A DNA stretch of 64,000 bases from Bacillota bacterium (GTDB lineage Bacteria > Bacillota > Dethiobacteria > DTU022), in NCBI GenBank assembly GCA_011389985.1, contig JAABTH010000008.1, forward strand, positions 43,581-107,580, read 5' to 3'. The position numbers and the translations under genes are program-made. How positions within the stretch are numbered: position 1 is the stretch's first letter; every line of letters begins with the position of its first letter. Shown piece by piece: positions 9,755 through 18,725 of the stretch. The notes under the pieces were generated by a model, which saw only the letters and a program-made list of their open reading frames with translations, did no database searches and was not told where the DNA came from.

Positions 9755-10975
9755 TTAACTACGGTAATCAGCATTAATATTAATATATTCATGACTAAGA
9801 TCTGTTCCCCAGGCAGTAACCTGGGCAGTTCCAATTTTTAAATCAACGACGACAGAGATATTGCGTTCCTCCAATACGTTTTTCATATTTTCTTCGCTAA
9901 AAGGTACAGAACCGCCGTTTCGGGCAACTTGGTATGGACCAATAAAGATATCCACGAGGGAAGGATCAAAATCTATTCCGGCATAACCAAGAGCGGCAAT
10001 AATTCTGCCCCAGTTTGCATCTTCACCGTAGAAAGCAGTTTTCACGAGGGGTGAATTTAGAATACTACGAGCCATAACCCGGGCGCCGGCTTCGCCAGCG
10101 GCTCCTTTAATGGTCAGAGTAATTAGTTTGGTCATGCCTTCACCATCTTCAACAATCTGCAGGGCCAGTTCGCGGCAGACTGCCTCAAGCATCTCTTTAA
10201 ATGGCTCAAAGAAAACACTCTCTTCAGTTACTTCAACCCCTGCCGCTGCCCCGTTAGCTAATATGAGGGCAGTATCGTTGGTAGAAGTATCACCATCAAC
10301 AGTAATAACATTAAATGACCTGTCGGATGCCTCACCGAAAAGCTTTTGTAATAAGCCGCGTTCAATTTTCACATCGGTAACTAAAAACGCCAACATAGTT
10401 GCCATGTTGGGGCATATCATTCCGGATCCTTTGGCCATGCCTGCAATGGTAAACTCACCTTCCGGCATGGTGCACTGGTAGGCAGAGAGCTTGATTTTGG
10501 TGTCTGTAGTCATAATAGCCTTCGCTGCGTCAATATCCGCTTCATAACCGTAACCAAGGGCATCTGGAATCATATTAATACCGGCATTAACCCTATTCAT
10601 CGGCATTGGTTCGCCGATGACCCCGGTAGAACAAACCATAATCTGTCCTGAATTGAAGCCAAAAACTTTAGCAGTATTGTTTGCCATGGCTTTTGTATCG
10701 AGCAACCCCTGGCTGCCGGTGCATGCATTTGCATTCCCGCTGTTTATAATCACAACCCTGATCTGGTTTTCAAGGTGCTCCCTGCACAAATGAACCGGGG
10801 CCGCCTGAACGAGGTTACGGGTAAAAACACCTGCTGCAGCGGTATTATACTCACTGTAAATTATCGCCAGATCATTCTTGCCCTTCTTAATTCCGCAGGA
10901 AAAACCGGCTGCTTTAAATCCTTTGACAGCGGTTATACCACGGTTTTTTAACTTTTTTATGATCGTTTCTTTCAC
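9755..10975 (-). CDS. argJ: Bifunctional glutamate N-acetyltransferase / ornithine acetyltransferase
   Basis: NSGNANACTG, IMTTDT, KGSGMICPNMATML, DGDTSTND, DGEG, NWGR motifs. Confidence 0.96.
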   Translation of the reverse strand: MKETIIKKLKNRGITAVKGFKAAGFSCGIKKGKNDLAIIYSEYNTAAAGVFTRNLVQAAPVHLCREHLENQIRVVIINSGNANACTGSQGLLDTKAMANNTAKVFGFNSGQIMVCSTGVIGEPMPMNRVNAGINMIPDALGYGYEADIDAAKAIMTTDTKIKLSAYQCTMPEGEFTIAGMAKGSGMICPNMATMLAFLVTDVKIERGLLQKLFGEASDRSFNVITVDGDTSTNDTALILANGAAAGVEVTEESVFFEPFKEMLEAVCRELALQIVEDGEGMTKLITLTIKGAAGEAGARVMARSILNSPLVKTAFYGEDANWGRIIAALGYAGIDFDPSLVDIFIGPYQVARNGGSVPFSEENMKNVLEERNISVVVDLKIGTAQVTAWGTDLSHEYININADYRS

Positions 10976-11029
10976 AACCCTACCTCCGCTTCATACTTAG
11001 TAATTGATATTTAATAGCTTTCTTATTAT

Positions 11030-12064
11030 CTAAATAGCCACATAGTTAAGACCGGCTTCTTCCGGCAGACCCAGCATTATATTCATATTTTGAACAGCCT
11101 GTCCGGAAGCGCCCTTAAGCAGGTTATCAATAACCGAAATAACAATAATACGATTATTACGATTGTCATATTTAACTGCGATGTCGCAAAAATTACTGCC
11201 ACGAACCAAACGGGTTTCAGGTAAAGATGGACTTTTCAATACCCGCACAAATGGAGCTTCTCTGTAGAATGCTTCGAATAAATGATTAAGCTCTTTTTCA
11301 TTGATTAACTCTGTCGGTTCGGTGTAAATAGTACTTAATATGCCCCTTACCATTGGAACCAGATGAGGTGTAAATGTTACCCTTAAGTCCTTACCTGCTA
11401 ATCGACTAAGCTCCTGTTCAATTTCTGCAGTATGTTGGTGATTAGCCACCCTGTAAGCCTTAAAGTTTTCTGTACAGTCAGGAAAATGAAAAGGCTGTTT
11501 AGGAGCTCTGCCCGCCCCGGAAACACCGGATTTTGAATCAATAATTATGCCGTCCGTTTTTATTATCTTTTTGCTGAGAAGTGGAGCAAGCGCAAGTAAA
11601 ATACTGGTTGGATAACAGCCTGGGTTGGCAATAAAGTCTGTGCTTTTGATCATATCTTTATTAAGCTCCGGAAGACCGTAAACTGCTGTGCCAAGCAGTG
11701 CTGCAACGGGATGCTCCAGATCATACCATTCTTGGTACAAAGAAGAATCGCCCAACCTGAAATCAGCGCTTAAATCAATAACTTTAAACCCCTTTTTATA
11801 GAGTTTTGCCGCTGTCTCTGCCGAATGACCATGAGGTAGGGCGCAAAAAACCACTTCAACCGATTCAGGTATTTCTTCAACTCTAATCTGTTGCAGAACC
11901 AGATCAACCATGCCCCTAAACTGAGGATGTATTTCACTGTATTTTTTACCGGCAGTACTTCCCGAGCATAATAATACTGGTTCAACTGCCGGATGGGCTT
12001 TTAGTAAGCGTACCAACTCAACGCCCGTATAACCGGTTGCTCCCAAAACTGCCGTTTCGATCAT
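11030..12064 (-). CDS. argC: N-acetyl-gamma-glutamyl-phosphate reductase
   Basis: GATGYTG, DLSADFRL, ANPGCYPT, SGVSGAGR, DNLLKGASGQAVQN. Start moved to ATG 12064 because of SD GGAGGGG. Confidence 0.96.
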   Translation of the reverse strand: MIETAVLGATGYTGVELVRLLKAHPAVEPVLLCSGSTAGKKYSEIHPQFRGMVDLVLQQIRVEEIPESVEVVFCALPHGHSAETAAKLYKKGFKVIDLSADFRLGDSSLYQEWYDLEHPVAALLGTAVYGLPELNKDMIKSTDFIANPGCYPTSILLALAPLLSKKIIKTDGIIIDSKSGVSGAGRAPKQPFHFPDCTENFKAYRVANHQHTAEIEQELSRLAGKDLRVTFTPHLVPMVRGILSTIYTEPTELINEKELNHLFEAFYREAPFVRVLKSPSLPETRLVRGSNFCDIAVKYDNRNNRIIVISVIDNLLKGASGQAVQNMNIMLGLPEEAGLNYVAI

Positions 12065-12084
12065 CTTATACCCCTCCAAAATAA

Positions 12085-12352
12085 ATTAAGCTCCTCATCC
12101 ATTAAAGGACGAGGAGCTCGCGGTACCACCTTTATTGATCGACAACTACTAGCCGATCCGCTTAAACCGTTTTCATGAAAAACGGCCTTGATAACGGTAT
12201 AAAACCGGGCCAGCCTACACACCGGTTTTATAAACCGGCTTCAACCACCACCTCCGGGGTGCGCTTCACCGTTTGCTTACGGTCCGGACTTCCACCAACT
12301 CCGGCTCGCTTCTACCTCCACAATTCGGTTAATCTCCCCTTCACGGGCATTA
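12085..12352 (-). promoter_or_regulatory. T-box riboswitch, Arg specifier (CGC)
   Basis: Minus strand: AG-box AGCGAG and GGTGGAA box, specifier region GGTGAAG-CGC-A, T-box AAAGGTGGTACCGCG, and terminator GAGCTCCTCGTCC/GGATGAGGAGCTT before argC. Confidence 0.9.
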
Positions 12353-12366
12353 TAATATTGCTTTAG

Positions 12367-12394
12367 ATTCTAACACACACTGACTAGATGTCAA
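12367..12394 (-). promoter_or_regulatory. Sigma-A promoter of the arg operon
   Basis: TTGACA-16 nt-TAGAAT with extended -10 TG. Confidence 0.65.
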
Positions 12395-12450
12395 TAGCCT
12401 TCTGCAAAAAAATATTAGTCAACCACAAACTTAGTTAAATAGTACATGGC

Positions 12451-13992
12451 TTAGAGGGGTATATTACCATGTTTGCGCATAAGGCGTTGTTCATGCTTCC
12501 CGCTCACCATGTTGAGACCACGGATAAGATAAGCACGGGTATCGCAGGGATCAATTACTTCGTCAATCCATCCGCGGGCAGCGGCAATATAGGGATTTGC
12601 ATATTTTTCCCGATACTGGTCAACCAGTTCTTTTCGCTTAGCTTCTTTATCTTCAGCTGCATCAATATCCCTGCGGTTAACGATATTTACAGCACCTTCA
12701 GGACCCATAACAGCAATTTCTGCTGTCGGCCAGGCCAGACATAAATCAGCACCCAGTGAACGGGAGTTCATCGCTATATATGCACCGCCGTAAGCTTTGC
12801 GCAAAATTATTGAGATCTGAGGTACTGTTGCTTCAGAATAAGCATAAAGCACCTTTGCTCCATGCCTGATTATACCGCCCCATTCCTGTTCAACCCCTGG
12901 CAGATATCCCGGCACATCAACAAAGGTGATCAGCGGCAGATTAAAACTGTCACAAAAACGAACGAAACGGGCAATTTTGTCAGATGAGTTTATATCCAGG
13001 CAACCCGCCTTAACCCGGGCCTGGTTGGCAATTATTCCGACTGCACGACCATTTATGCGAGCAAAGCCAACTACAGCATTTTGCGCATAATCACGGTGAA
13101 CTTCAAAAAGCTCGCTTCCATCAACAACTCTATTGATTACATCACGAACATCGTAAGAACGGTTCGGGTTTTCAGGAACCAGGGTCTTGAGATCTTCCTG
13201 GCTCAGTTCCGGCTCGCGTGGTTCTACCATAGGAGGATCATCAATATTATTTGAAGGAAGATAGCTTAGTAATTTCCGTATCTGTTGAAAACATATCTTT
13301 TCATCTTCTGCAAAAAAATGTGCCACTCCACTGTTCTTGTTGTGAGTTGCAGCGCCGCCAAGTTCTTCGGCAGATACAGTTTCTCCTGTTACTGCCTTAA
13401 TTACCTGGGGGCCGGTAATAAACATATTGCCTATACCACTGACCATAAAAACAAAATCTGTAATAGCCGGTGAATATACAGCTCCCCCGGCGCAGGGCCC
13501 CATGATTACCGAAAGCTGGGGAATAACCCCTGAACAGAGAGTATTTCGGTAAAATATATTGCCAAAACCATCCAGGGAATATACACCTTCCTGGATACGG
13601 GCACCTCCTGAATCATTCAAACCGATAACAGGGGCCCCGTTTTGTGCTGCCAGATCAAGAATCCGGCATATTTTAGCGGCATGTACTTCACCAAGTGAAC
13701 CTCCTGCAACTGTAAAATCCTGAGCGTAAACAAATATTTTTCGGTTATCGATCATACCGTAACCGGTAACAACGCCCTCACCGGGATTGGGGTAATCAAG
13801 ACTGCTGGCATCTTCAAGACCTGTTTGGGAAAAAGTGCCGATTTCTACAAAGCTATCTTCATCCAGCAAACTGTTCAATCTTTCCCGTGCAGTCCTTTTA
13901 CCTTTTTTGTGCTGATCGGCAATTCGTTTTTCACCCCCGCCGGCCAAAGTACGGCTGCGTCTCTCTTCGAGGTGTTTAAGTTTTTCATCCAT
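12451..13992 (-). CDS. mmdA: Acyl-CoA carboxyltransferase (methylmalonyl-CoA decarboxylase alpha / propionyl-CoA carboxylase beta)
   Basis: QDFTVAGGSLG, DSGGARIQEG, GPCAGGAVYSP, DVPGYLPG, RKAYGGAY and KHGNIPL motifs. Confidence 0.88.
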   Translation of the reverse strand: MDEKLKHLEERRSRTLAGGGEKRIADQHKKGKRTARERLNSLLDEDSFVEIGTFSQTGLEDASSLDYPNPGEGVVTGYGMIDNRKIFVYAQDFTVAGGSLGEVHAAKICRILDLAAQNGAPVIGLNDSGGARIQEGVYSLDGFGNIFYRNTLCSGVIPQLSVIMGPCAGGAVYSPAITDFVFMVSGIGNMFITGPQVIKAVTGETVSAEELGGAATHNKNSGVAHFFAEDEKICFQQIRKLLSYLPSNNIDDPPMVEPREPELSQEDLKTLVPENPNRSYDVRDVINRVVDGSELFEVHRDYAQNAVVGFARINGRAVGIIANQARVKAGCLDINSSDKIARFVRFCDSFNLPLITFVDVPGYLPGVEQEWGGIIRHGAKVLYAYSEATVPQISIILRKAYGGAYIAMNSRSLGADLCLAWPTAEIAVMGPEGAVNIVNRRDIDAAEDKEAKRKELVDQYREKYANPYIAAARGWIDEVIDPCDTRAYLIRGLNMVSGKHEQRLMRKHGNIPL

Positions 13993-14033
13993 ATCTGTCA
14001 CCACTTTCTACTTAGTAAACTCTGATGCTATAT

Positions 14034-14438
14034 TTATTGATCACGCTCACAAAGTTCAATTAAGACTCCGCCTGTCGACTTAGGATGAAGGAATGCTATT
14101 CTTGCTCCACCGGCGCCGTATCGGGGTTTTTCATCGATAAGTGCCACTCCCTGTTCTTTAAGTTGTTTAATTTTTTCATCAATATTGGAAACCCTGAAAG
14201 AAAGGTGATGAATTCCCTCGCCTTTTTTCTCAATAAACTTGCCAACCGGCCCATCAGGATCTGTAGATTCAAGTAACTCTACTTTACTCTGGCCAACCGG
14301 GAAAAAAGCAACTTTTACCTTCTGTTCTTCAACAATTTCAGTTCCGCTGCACTCTAGACCAACCTGATCCCTGTATAGTTTCATTGCTGCCTCGAGATCG
14401 CTTACCGCTATACCTACATGATCTATTTTTTCAAACAA
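14034..14438 (-). CDS. mce: Methylmalonyl-CoA epimerase
   Basis: KIDHVGIAV, VELLE, GEGIHHL, FLHPKSTGGVLIEL motifs. Start trimmed to TTG 14438 (alternative ATG 14444). Confidence 0.93.
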   Translation of the reverse strand: MFEKIDHVGIAVSDLEAAMKLYRDQVGLECSGTEIVEEQKVKVAFFPVGQSKVELLESTDPDGPVGKFIEKKGEGIHHLSFRVSNIDEKIKQLKEQGVALIDEKPRYGAGGARIAFLHPKSTGGVLIELCERDQ

Positions 14439-14460
14439 GATCATCTCTCCAATCTGTTTT

Positions 14461-14856
14461 TCAATTAAGCTTGCGTTTGATAAAACCGATGATATCTTCA
14501 GTCGAAGAACCGGGTGTAAATACTTCAGCAACACCGTGCTCTTTGAGATAAGTAATATCTTCTCTGGGTATGATACCGCCAACAACAACTATTATATCAC
14601 TGCTGTCCTGTTCCCGCAGCATTTCCACAATAGGCGGTATAAGCTGCATGTGTGCACCTGAAAGAATGCTTAAACCGATAACCTGCACATCTTCCTGCAG
14701 GGCGGTTTCGACAATCTGTTCCGGTGTTTGTCTCAGCCCTGTGTATATAACTTCCATGCCGGCATCTCGAAGCGCCTGGGCTACCACCTTCGCACCACGG
14801 TCATGGCCATCGAGACCTATTTTACCGACAAGCACCCGTAAAGGTTTATCGGCCAT
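14461..14856 (-). CDS. mcmA2: Methylmalonyl-CoA mutase, cobalamin-binding subunit
   Basis: [10 protein letters not shown] (DxHxxG B12 motif), [14 protein letters not shown]. Confidence 0.93.
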   Translation of the reverse strand: MADKPLRVLVGKIGLDGHDRGAKVVAQALRDAGMEVIYTGLRQTPEQIVETALQEDVQVIGLSILSGAHMQLIPPIVEMLREQDSSDIIVVVGGIIPREDITYLKEHGVAEVFTPGSSTEDIIGFIKRKLN

Positions 14857-14890
14857 CCGTCAACTCCTCCTCGCATCTACAAGCTTTATT

Positions 14891-16564
14891 TTAGAAATTT
14901 ATCTGCTGCTGGTATTCCCCGAAAACATCCCTGAGAACACCACAAATCTCTCCCAGTGTCGCATAAGCCTTAACGGCAGTGAGAATATATGGCATAAGGT
15001 TATCGCTTCCCTGTGCTGCCCTGCGAAGCTCCTGCAGAGATTCGGCTACTTTACCCTGATTTCGTCTTAAACGGACTTCTTTGAGCCTCTCTACCTGACG
15101 CTGACTGGTTGCCGGATCCATTTTCAACAGATCAATCGGCTGTTCACTGCTGGTTGTAAACTTGTTAACGCCAACAACAATGTGTTCAGCAGATTCCACT
15201 TCTTTTTGATACCGGTAAGCACTTGACTGGATCTCTTTCTGGATAAAGCCATTTTCAATTGCTTCTACTGCCCCGCCAATTTCATCGATTTTATCGATAT
15301 AGCTCCATACTTCCTGCTCGATATGATCGGTAAGGGTCTCGACAAAATATGAGCCTCCCAGTGGATCTACTGTATCTGTTGCACCAATTTCATAACCGAT
15401 AACCTGCTGGGTGCGCAAGGCAAGAAGAACCGAATGTTCACTGGGTAAGGCTAATGCCTCATCACGCGAGTTAGTATGAAGAGACTGGGTTCCGCCAAGC
15501 ACAGCACTGAGGGCCTGGAATGCGACTCGCATTATATTAATATCCGGCTGCTGAGCCGTGAGAGTTGAGCCTGCTGTCTGGGTATGAAACCTGAGCATGA
15601 GCGATCGAGGGTTTTTTGCTTTAAAACGCTCTTTCATCAAACGGGCCCAGATACGCCTGGCTGCCCTGAACTTGGCTATTTCTTCAAAGAAGTTTGAATG
15701 GGCATTGAAGAAAAAAGACAACCGGGGAGCAAACATATCAACATCCATACCTGCTTTAATCGCTGCTTCAACATAGGCAATGGCATTGCTCAGAGTAAAA
15801 GCAACTTCCTGAACAGCAGTGGAACCTGCCTCCCTGATATGATAACCACTAATACTGATCGTGTTCCAGGTGGGTATATTCTCACCAGCATAGGCAAATA
15901 TATCTACAATTAGGCGCATTGATTCACGGGGAGGGAAGATATAGGTTCCCCGGGCAACATATTCTTTCAAAATATCATTTTGAATAGTGCCGTTTATCTG
16001 GTCCATTGGAATTCCCTGTTTTTCAGCTACGGCCATGTACATAGCCAGTAAAACTGCCGCCGGCGAGTTGATCGTCATTGAAGTACTGACCTGATCCAGC
16101 GGTATTTTATCCATCAGTATTTCCATGTCAGCCAGGGAATCAATTGCTACGCCTACTTTGCCCACTTCGCCGCGGGCAAGGGGGTGGTCGGAATCGTATC
16201 CAATCTGGGTCGGCAGGTCAAAGGCAACGCTTAAGCCGGTTTGTCCCTGGTCGAGCAGATAGCGAAAGCGTTCATTGGTTTCCTCGGCGCTGCCGAAACC
16301 GGCATACTGACGCATTGTCCAAAGCCGGCCCCTGTACATTGTCGGCTGGATCCCGCGGGTATAAGGATATTCACCCGGCCAGTTAAGTTTATCCATGTAG
16401 TCATAGTTTTCCATATCCAGCAAATCATATACACCTTCAAGCTCAAGATCTGATTCAAGCTTAAAAGTTTTACGCTCAGGGTGCTTTTCTTTAACCTTAT
16501 TTAACTTTTCCAGCCAGGCTTTCTTGGCTTCATAAAGCATTTCTTTATTTTCGTTATCATACAC
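14891..16564 (-). CDS. mcmA1: Methylmalonyl-CoA mutase, substrate-binding subunit
   Basis: WTMRQYAGF (Tyr), [15 protein letters not shown] (Gln/Arg) specificity residues of methylmalonyl-CoA mutase; [11 protein letters not shown]. Confidence 0.94.
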   Translation of the reverse strand: MYDNENKEMLYEAKKAWLEKLNKVKEKHPERKTFKLESDLELEGVYDLLDMENYDYMDKLNWPGEYPYTRGIQPTMYRGRLWTMRQYAGFGSAEETNERFRYLLDQGQTGLSVAFDLPTQIGYDSDHPLARGEVGKVGVAIDSLADMEILMDKIPLDQVSTSMTINSPAAVLLAMYMAVAEKQGIPMDQINGTIQNDILKEYVARGTYIFPPRESMRLIVDIFAYAGENIPTWNTISISGYHIREAGSTAVQEVAFTLSNAIAYVEAAIKAGMDVDMFAPRLSFFFNAHSNFFEEIAKFRAARRIWARLMKERFKAKNPRSLMLRFHTQTAGSTLTAQQPDINIMRVAFQALSAVLGGTQSLHTNSRDEALALPSEHSVLLALRTQQVIGYEIGATDTVDPLGGSYFVETLTDHIEQEVWSYIDKIDEIGGAVEAIENGFIQKEIQSSAYRYQKEVESAEHIVVGVNKFTTSSEQPIDLLKMDPATSQRQVERLKEVRLRRNQGKVAESLQELRRAAQGSDNLMPYILTAVKAYATLGEICGVLRDVFGEYQQQINF

Positions 16565-16613
16565 TAAGTCCTCTGCCCCCTTTCGGTATTAACCTGTTTC
16601 ATTTCAATTACAA

Positions 16614-17483
16614 CTAAGATAATATTTTCTTAATCATGGCCGGCACTTCATTAGGCAAACCGGCAACTTCCACACCGGCGGCATTAAGCGCTTTAACTTT
16701 GCTTTCAAAAGTACCTCTGCCTCTTTCAATAATAGCCCCGGCGTGTCCCATACGCTTACCCGGAGGCGCACTGCGACCGGCCAGATAAGCAATAACCGGT
16801 TTTTTCATCGACGAGGAAATAAAAGTTGCAGCCTCTTCCTCTGAGCTTCCACCGATTTCACCCACAAGTATTACCGTTTTTGTTTCCGGATCTTCTTCAA
16901 AGCGCCTGAGCACATCTATGAAATTCAAACCGACGACTCTGTCACCGCCGAGACCAACAACCGTAGTGGTTCCAATATCATTTCCGGTCAGGTGACCTAC
17001 AATTTCATAACAAAGGGTGCCACTGCGGGATACAATTCCCACCGGGCCGGGAACGAAATAACGGTTTGGCATAATACCAATCTTGGAACTTCCAGAGGAA
17101 ACCAGACCAAAAGTATTGGGACCCACAATTACTGCATTCTGTTTTTGGGCATAGGCCATAATATCCATGGCATCCTGCAGGGGGATATGTTCAGGAATAA
17201 GCACTATCAGCTTAACTCCTGCATCCAGCGCTTCAAATGCGGCGTCTCTGGCAAACGGTGCCGGTATAAAAAGAATACTGGCATCAACAGTTTCTTCCTC
17301 TATCGCCGCAAAAACAGTGTCGTAAACGGGGACTCCTTCAACATTCTGACCACCCTTACCAGGGGAGACCCCCGCGATTATATTTGTACCATATTCAAGC
17401 ATTTGTGCCGTATGAAAAGAACCCTGCTTGCCGGTAATACCCTGGACAAGCACACGGGTCTGTTTGTTAATAAATATTGACAT
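16614..17483 (-). CDS. sucD: Succinate--CoA ligase alpha subunit
   Basis: VQGITGKQG, GPNTFG, SRSGTL, GKRMGHAGA (phospho-His). Confidence 0.94.
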   Translation of the reverse strand: MSIFINKQTRVLVQGITGKQGSFHTAQMLEYGTNIIAGVSPGKGGQNVEGVPVYDTVFAAIEEETVDASILFIPAPFARDAAFEALDAGVKLIVLIPEHIPLQDAMDIMAYAQKQNAVIVGPNTFGLVSSGSSKIGIMPNRYFVPGPVGIVSRSGTLCYEIVGHLTGNDIGTTTVVGLGGDRVVGLNFIDVLRRFEEDPETKTVILVGEIGGSSEEEAATFISSSMKKPVIAYLAGRSAPPGKRMGHAGAIIERGRGTFESKVKALNAAGVEVAGLPNEVPAMIKKILS

Positions 17484-17576
17484 TAGCTCTACTCCTTTCT
17501 TCTATGCAGTTTGAAACAAAAATCCTTAAAATAAGATTGGAAACTGTTCTACTTAAGTTCAAAACAGAACAGGTTC

Positions 17577-18686
17577 TCAAGATGCTTCGGTTAGATCAAC
17601 GGCATGACGAACTGCTTCATCCATTGAATTAAAGGTTTTAATGCCAACTTTTTCTAATATAGCCCGGCCTTCAGCTTCTTTAGTCCCCACAAGCCGGAAA
17701 GAAACCGGAAGATCAATACCTTTACTTTCTCGTACTTTAACAAAACCTTCCGCAACGATATCGCACCGGGTTATGCCGCCAAAAATATTTATCAATAATA
17801 CCTTGGGGTTTGTACCGAGAAGCAGTTCTAATGCCTGGGCAGTTCTTTCAACACTGGCGCCTCCACCAAAATCAAGGAAATTGGCTGCTGCTCCTCCGTA
17901 GTGCTGAACCATGTCAAGAGTAGCCATTGTAATGCCTGCCCCATTGGCCATTACGGCAATATTACCATCAAGTTCCACATAAGCAATATCGAGTTCTTCA
18001 GCTTTTAACTCAAGGTCTGTTTTTTCCTTAACCCGCGGCAGCTGCGGATGACGGTAAAGAGCATCATCATCAATTGTAACCTTAGCATCGGCTGCCACCA
18101 GACCGTCAGGTGTAAGCGCCAATGGATTAATTTCCGCCAATTCCGCATCAAGCTCTCTAAACATTTTATACAGCTTGGGCAGCAGTTTGATAAATTCTTT
18201 TTGCAGGGCGCCGCTAACACCCATCCTGCGGCAAATTTCACGGGTCATGTAATCCTGCAGTCCGATTGAAACATCAATCGGCCATTTGATCATCCGACCT
18301 TCAGCCACTTCTTCAACATCCATGCCCCCATCAAGAGAAGCAAGTACTACCGGGCAGCGTAAAGCTCCGTCAACTGTAAGAGCAAGGTATAGTTCCTGTT
18401 CAATTTGCAGTTTTTCTTCCACCAGCAGTTTCTCAACAGTTAAGTCATTTAAACGCATATTGAGGATACGTTCTGCTTCTTTCCTGGCTTCACCGGGATT
18501 TGAGGCAAAAGCAATACCCCCGGCTTTACCTCTTTTACCGCTTAAAACCTGTGATTTAATTACTACATCCCCAAGCTCCGCAGCAGCTTCGGCAGCCTCT
18601 TCAGGGCTTTCAACTATTTTGCTGTGCGGCACAGGGATATCGTAGCGGTGAAACAACTTCTTTCCAAGGTATTCATAAAGCTTCAA
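17577..18686 (-). CDS. sucC: Succinate--CoA ligase beta subunit
   Basis: LYEYLGK, KSQVLSGKRGKAGG, EINPL, DAK, NGAG, ANFLDFGG, NIFGGITRCD. Confidence 0.94.
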   Translation of the reverse strand: MKLYEYLGKKLFHRYDIPVPHSKIVESPEEAAEAAAELGDVVIKSQVLSGKRGKAGGIAFASNPGEARKEAERILNMRLNDLTVEKLLVEEKLQIEQELYLALTVDGALRCPVVLASLDGGMDVEEVAEGRMIKWPIDVSIGLQDYMTREICRRMGVSGALQKEFIKLLPKLYKMFRELDAELAEINPLALTPDGLVAADAKVTIDDDALYRHPQLPRVKEKTDLELKAEELDIAYVELDGNIAVMANGAGITMATLDMVQHYGGAAANFLDFGGGASVERTAQALELLLGTNPKVLLINIFGGITRCDIVAEGFVKVRESKGIDLPVSFRLVGTKEAEGRAILEKVGIKTFNSMDEAVRHAVDLTEAS

Positions 18687-18725
18687 CTTAATTCCCCCAT
18701 TCTCATAAGATGTTATAGTGCAATA

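Noticed and set aside
12175-12366. 63-aa ORF upstream of argC
   Set aside because: It is antisense to the T-box leader, which fully explains the sequence.
14439-14588. N-terminal extension of mce given in the ORF track
   Set aside because: It overlaps the mutase small subunit; homology and SD point to a start at 14438 or 14444.
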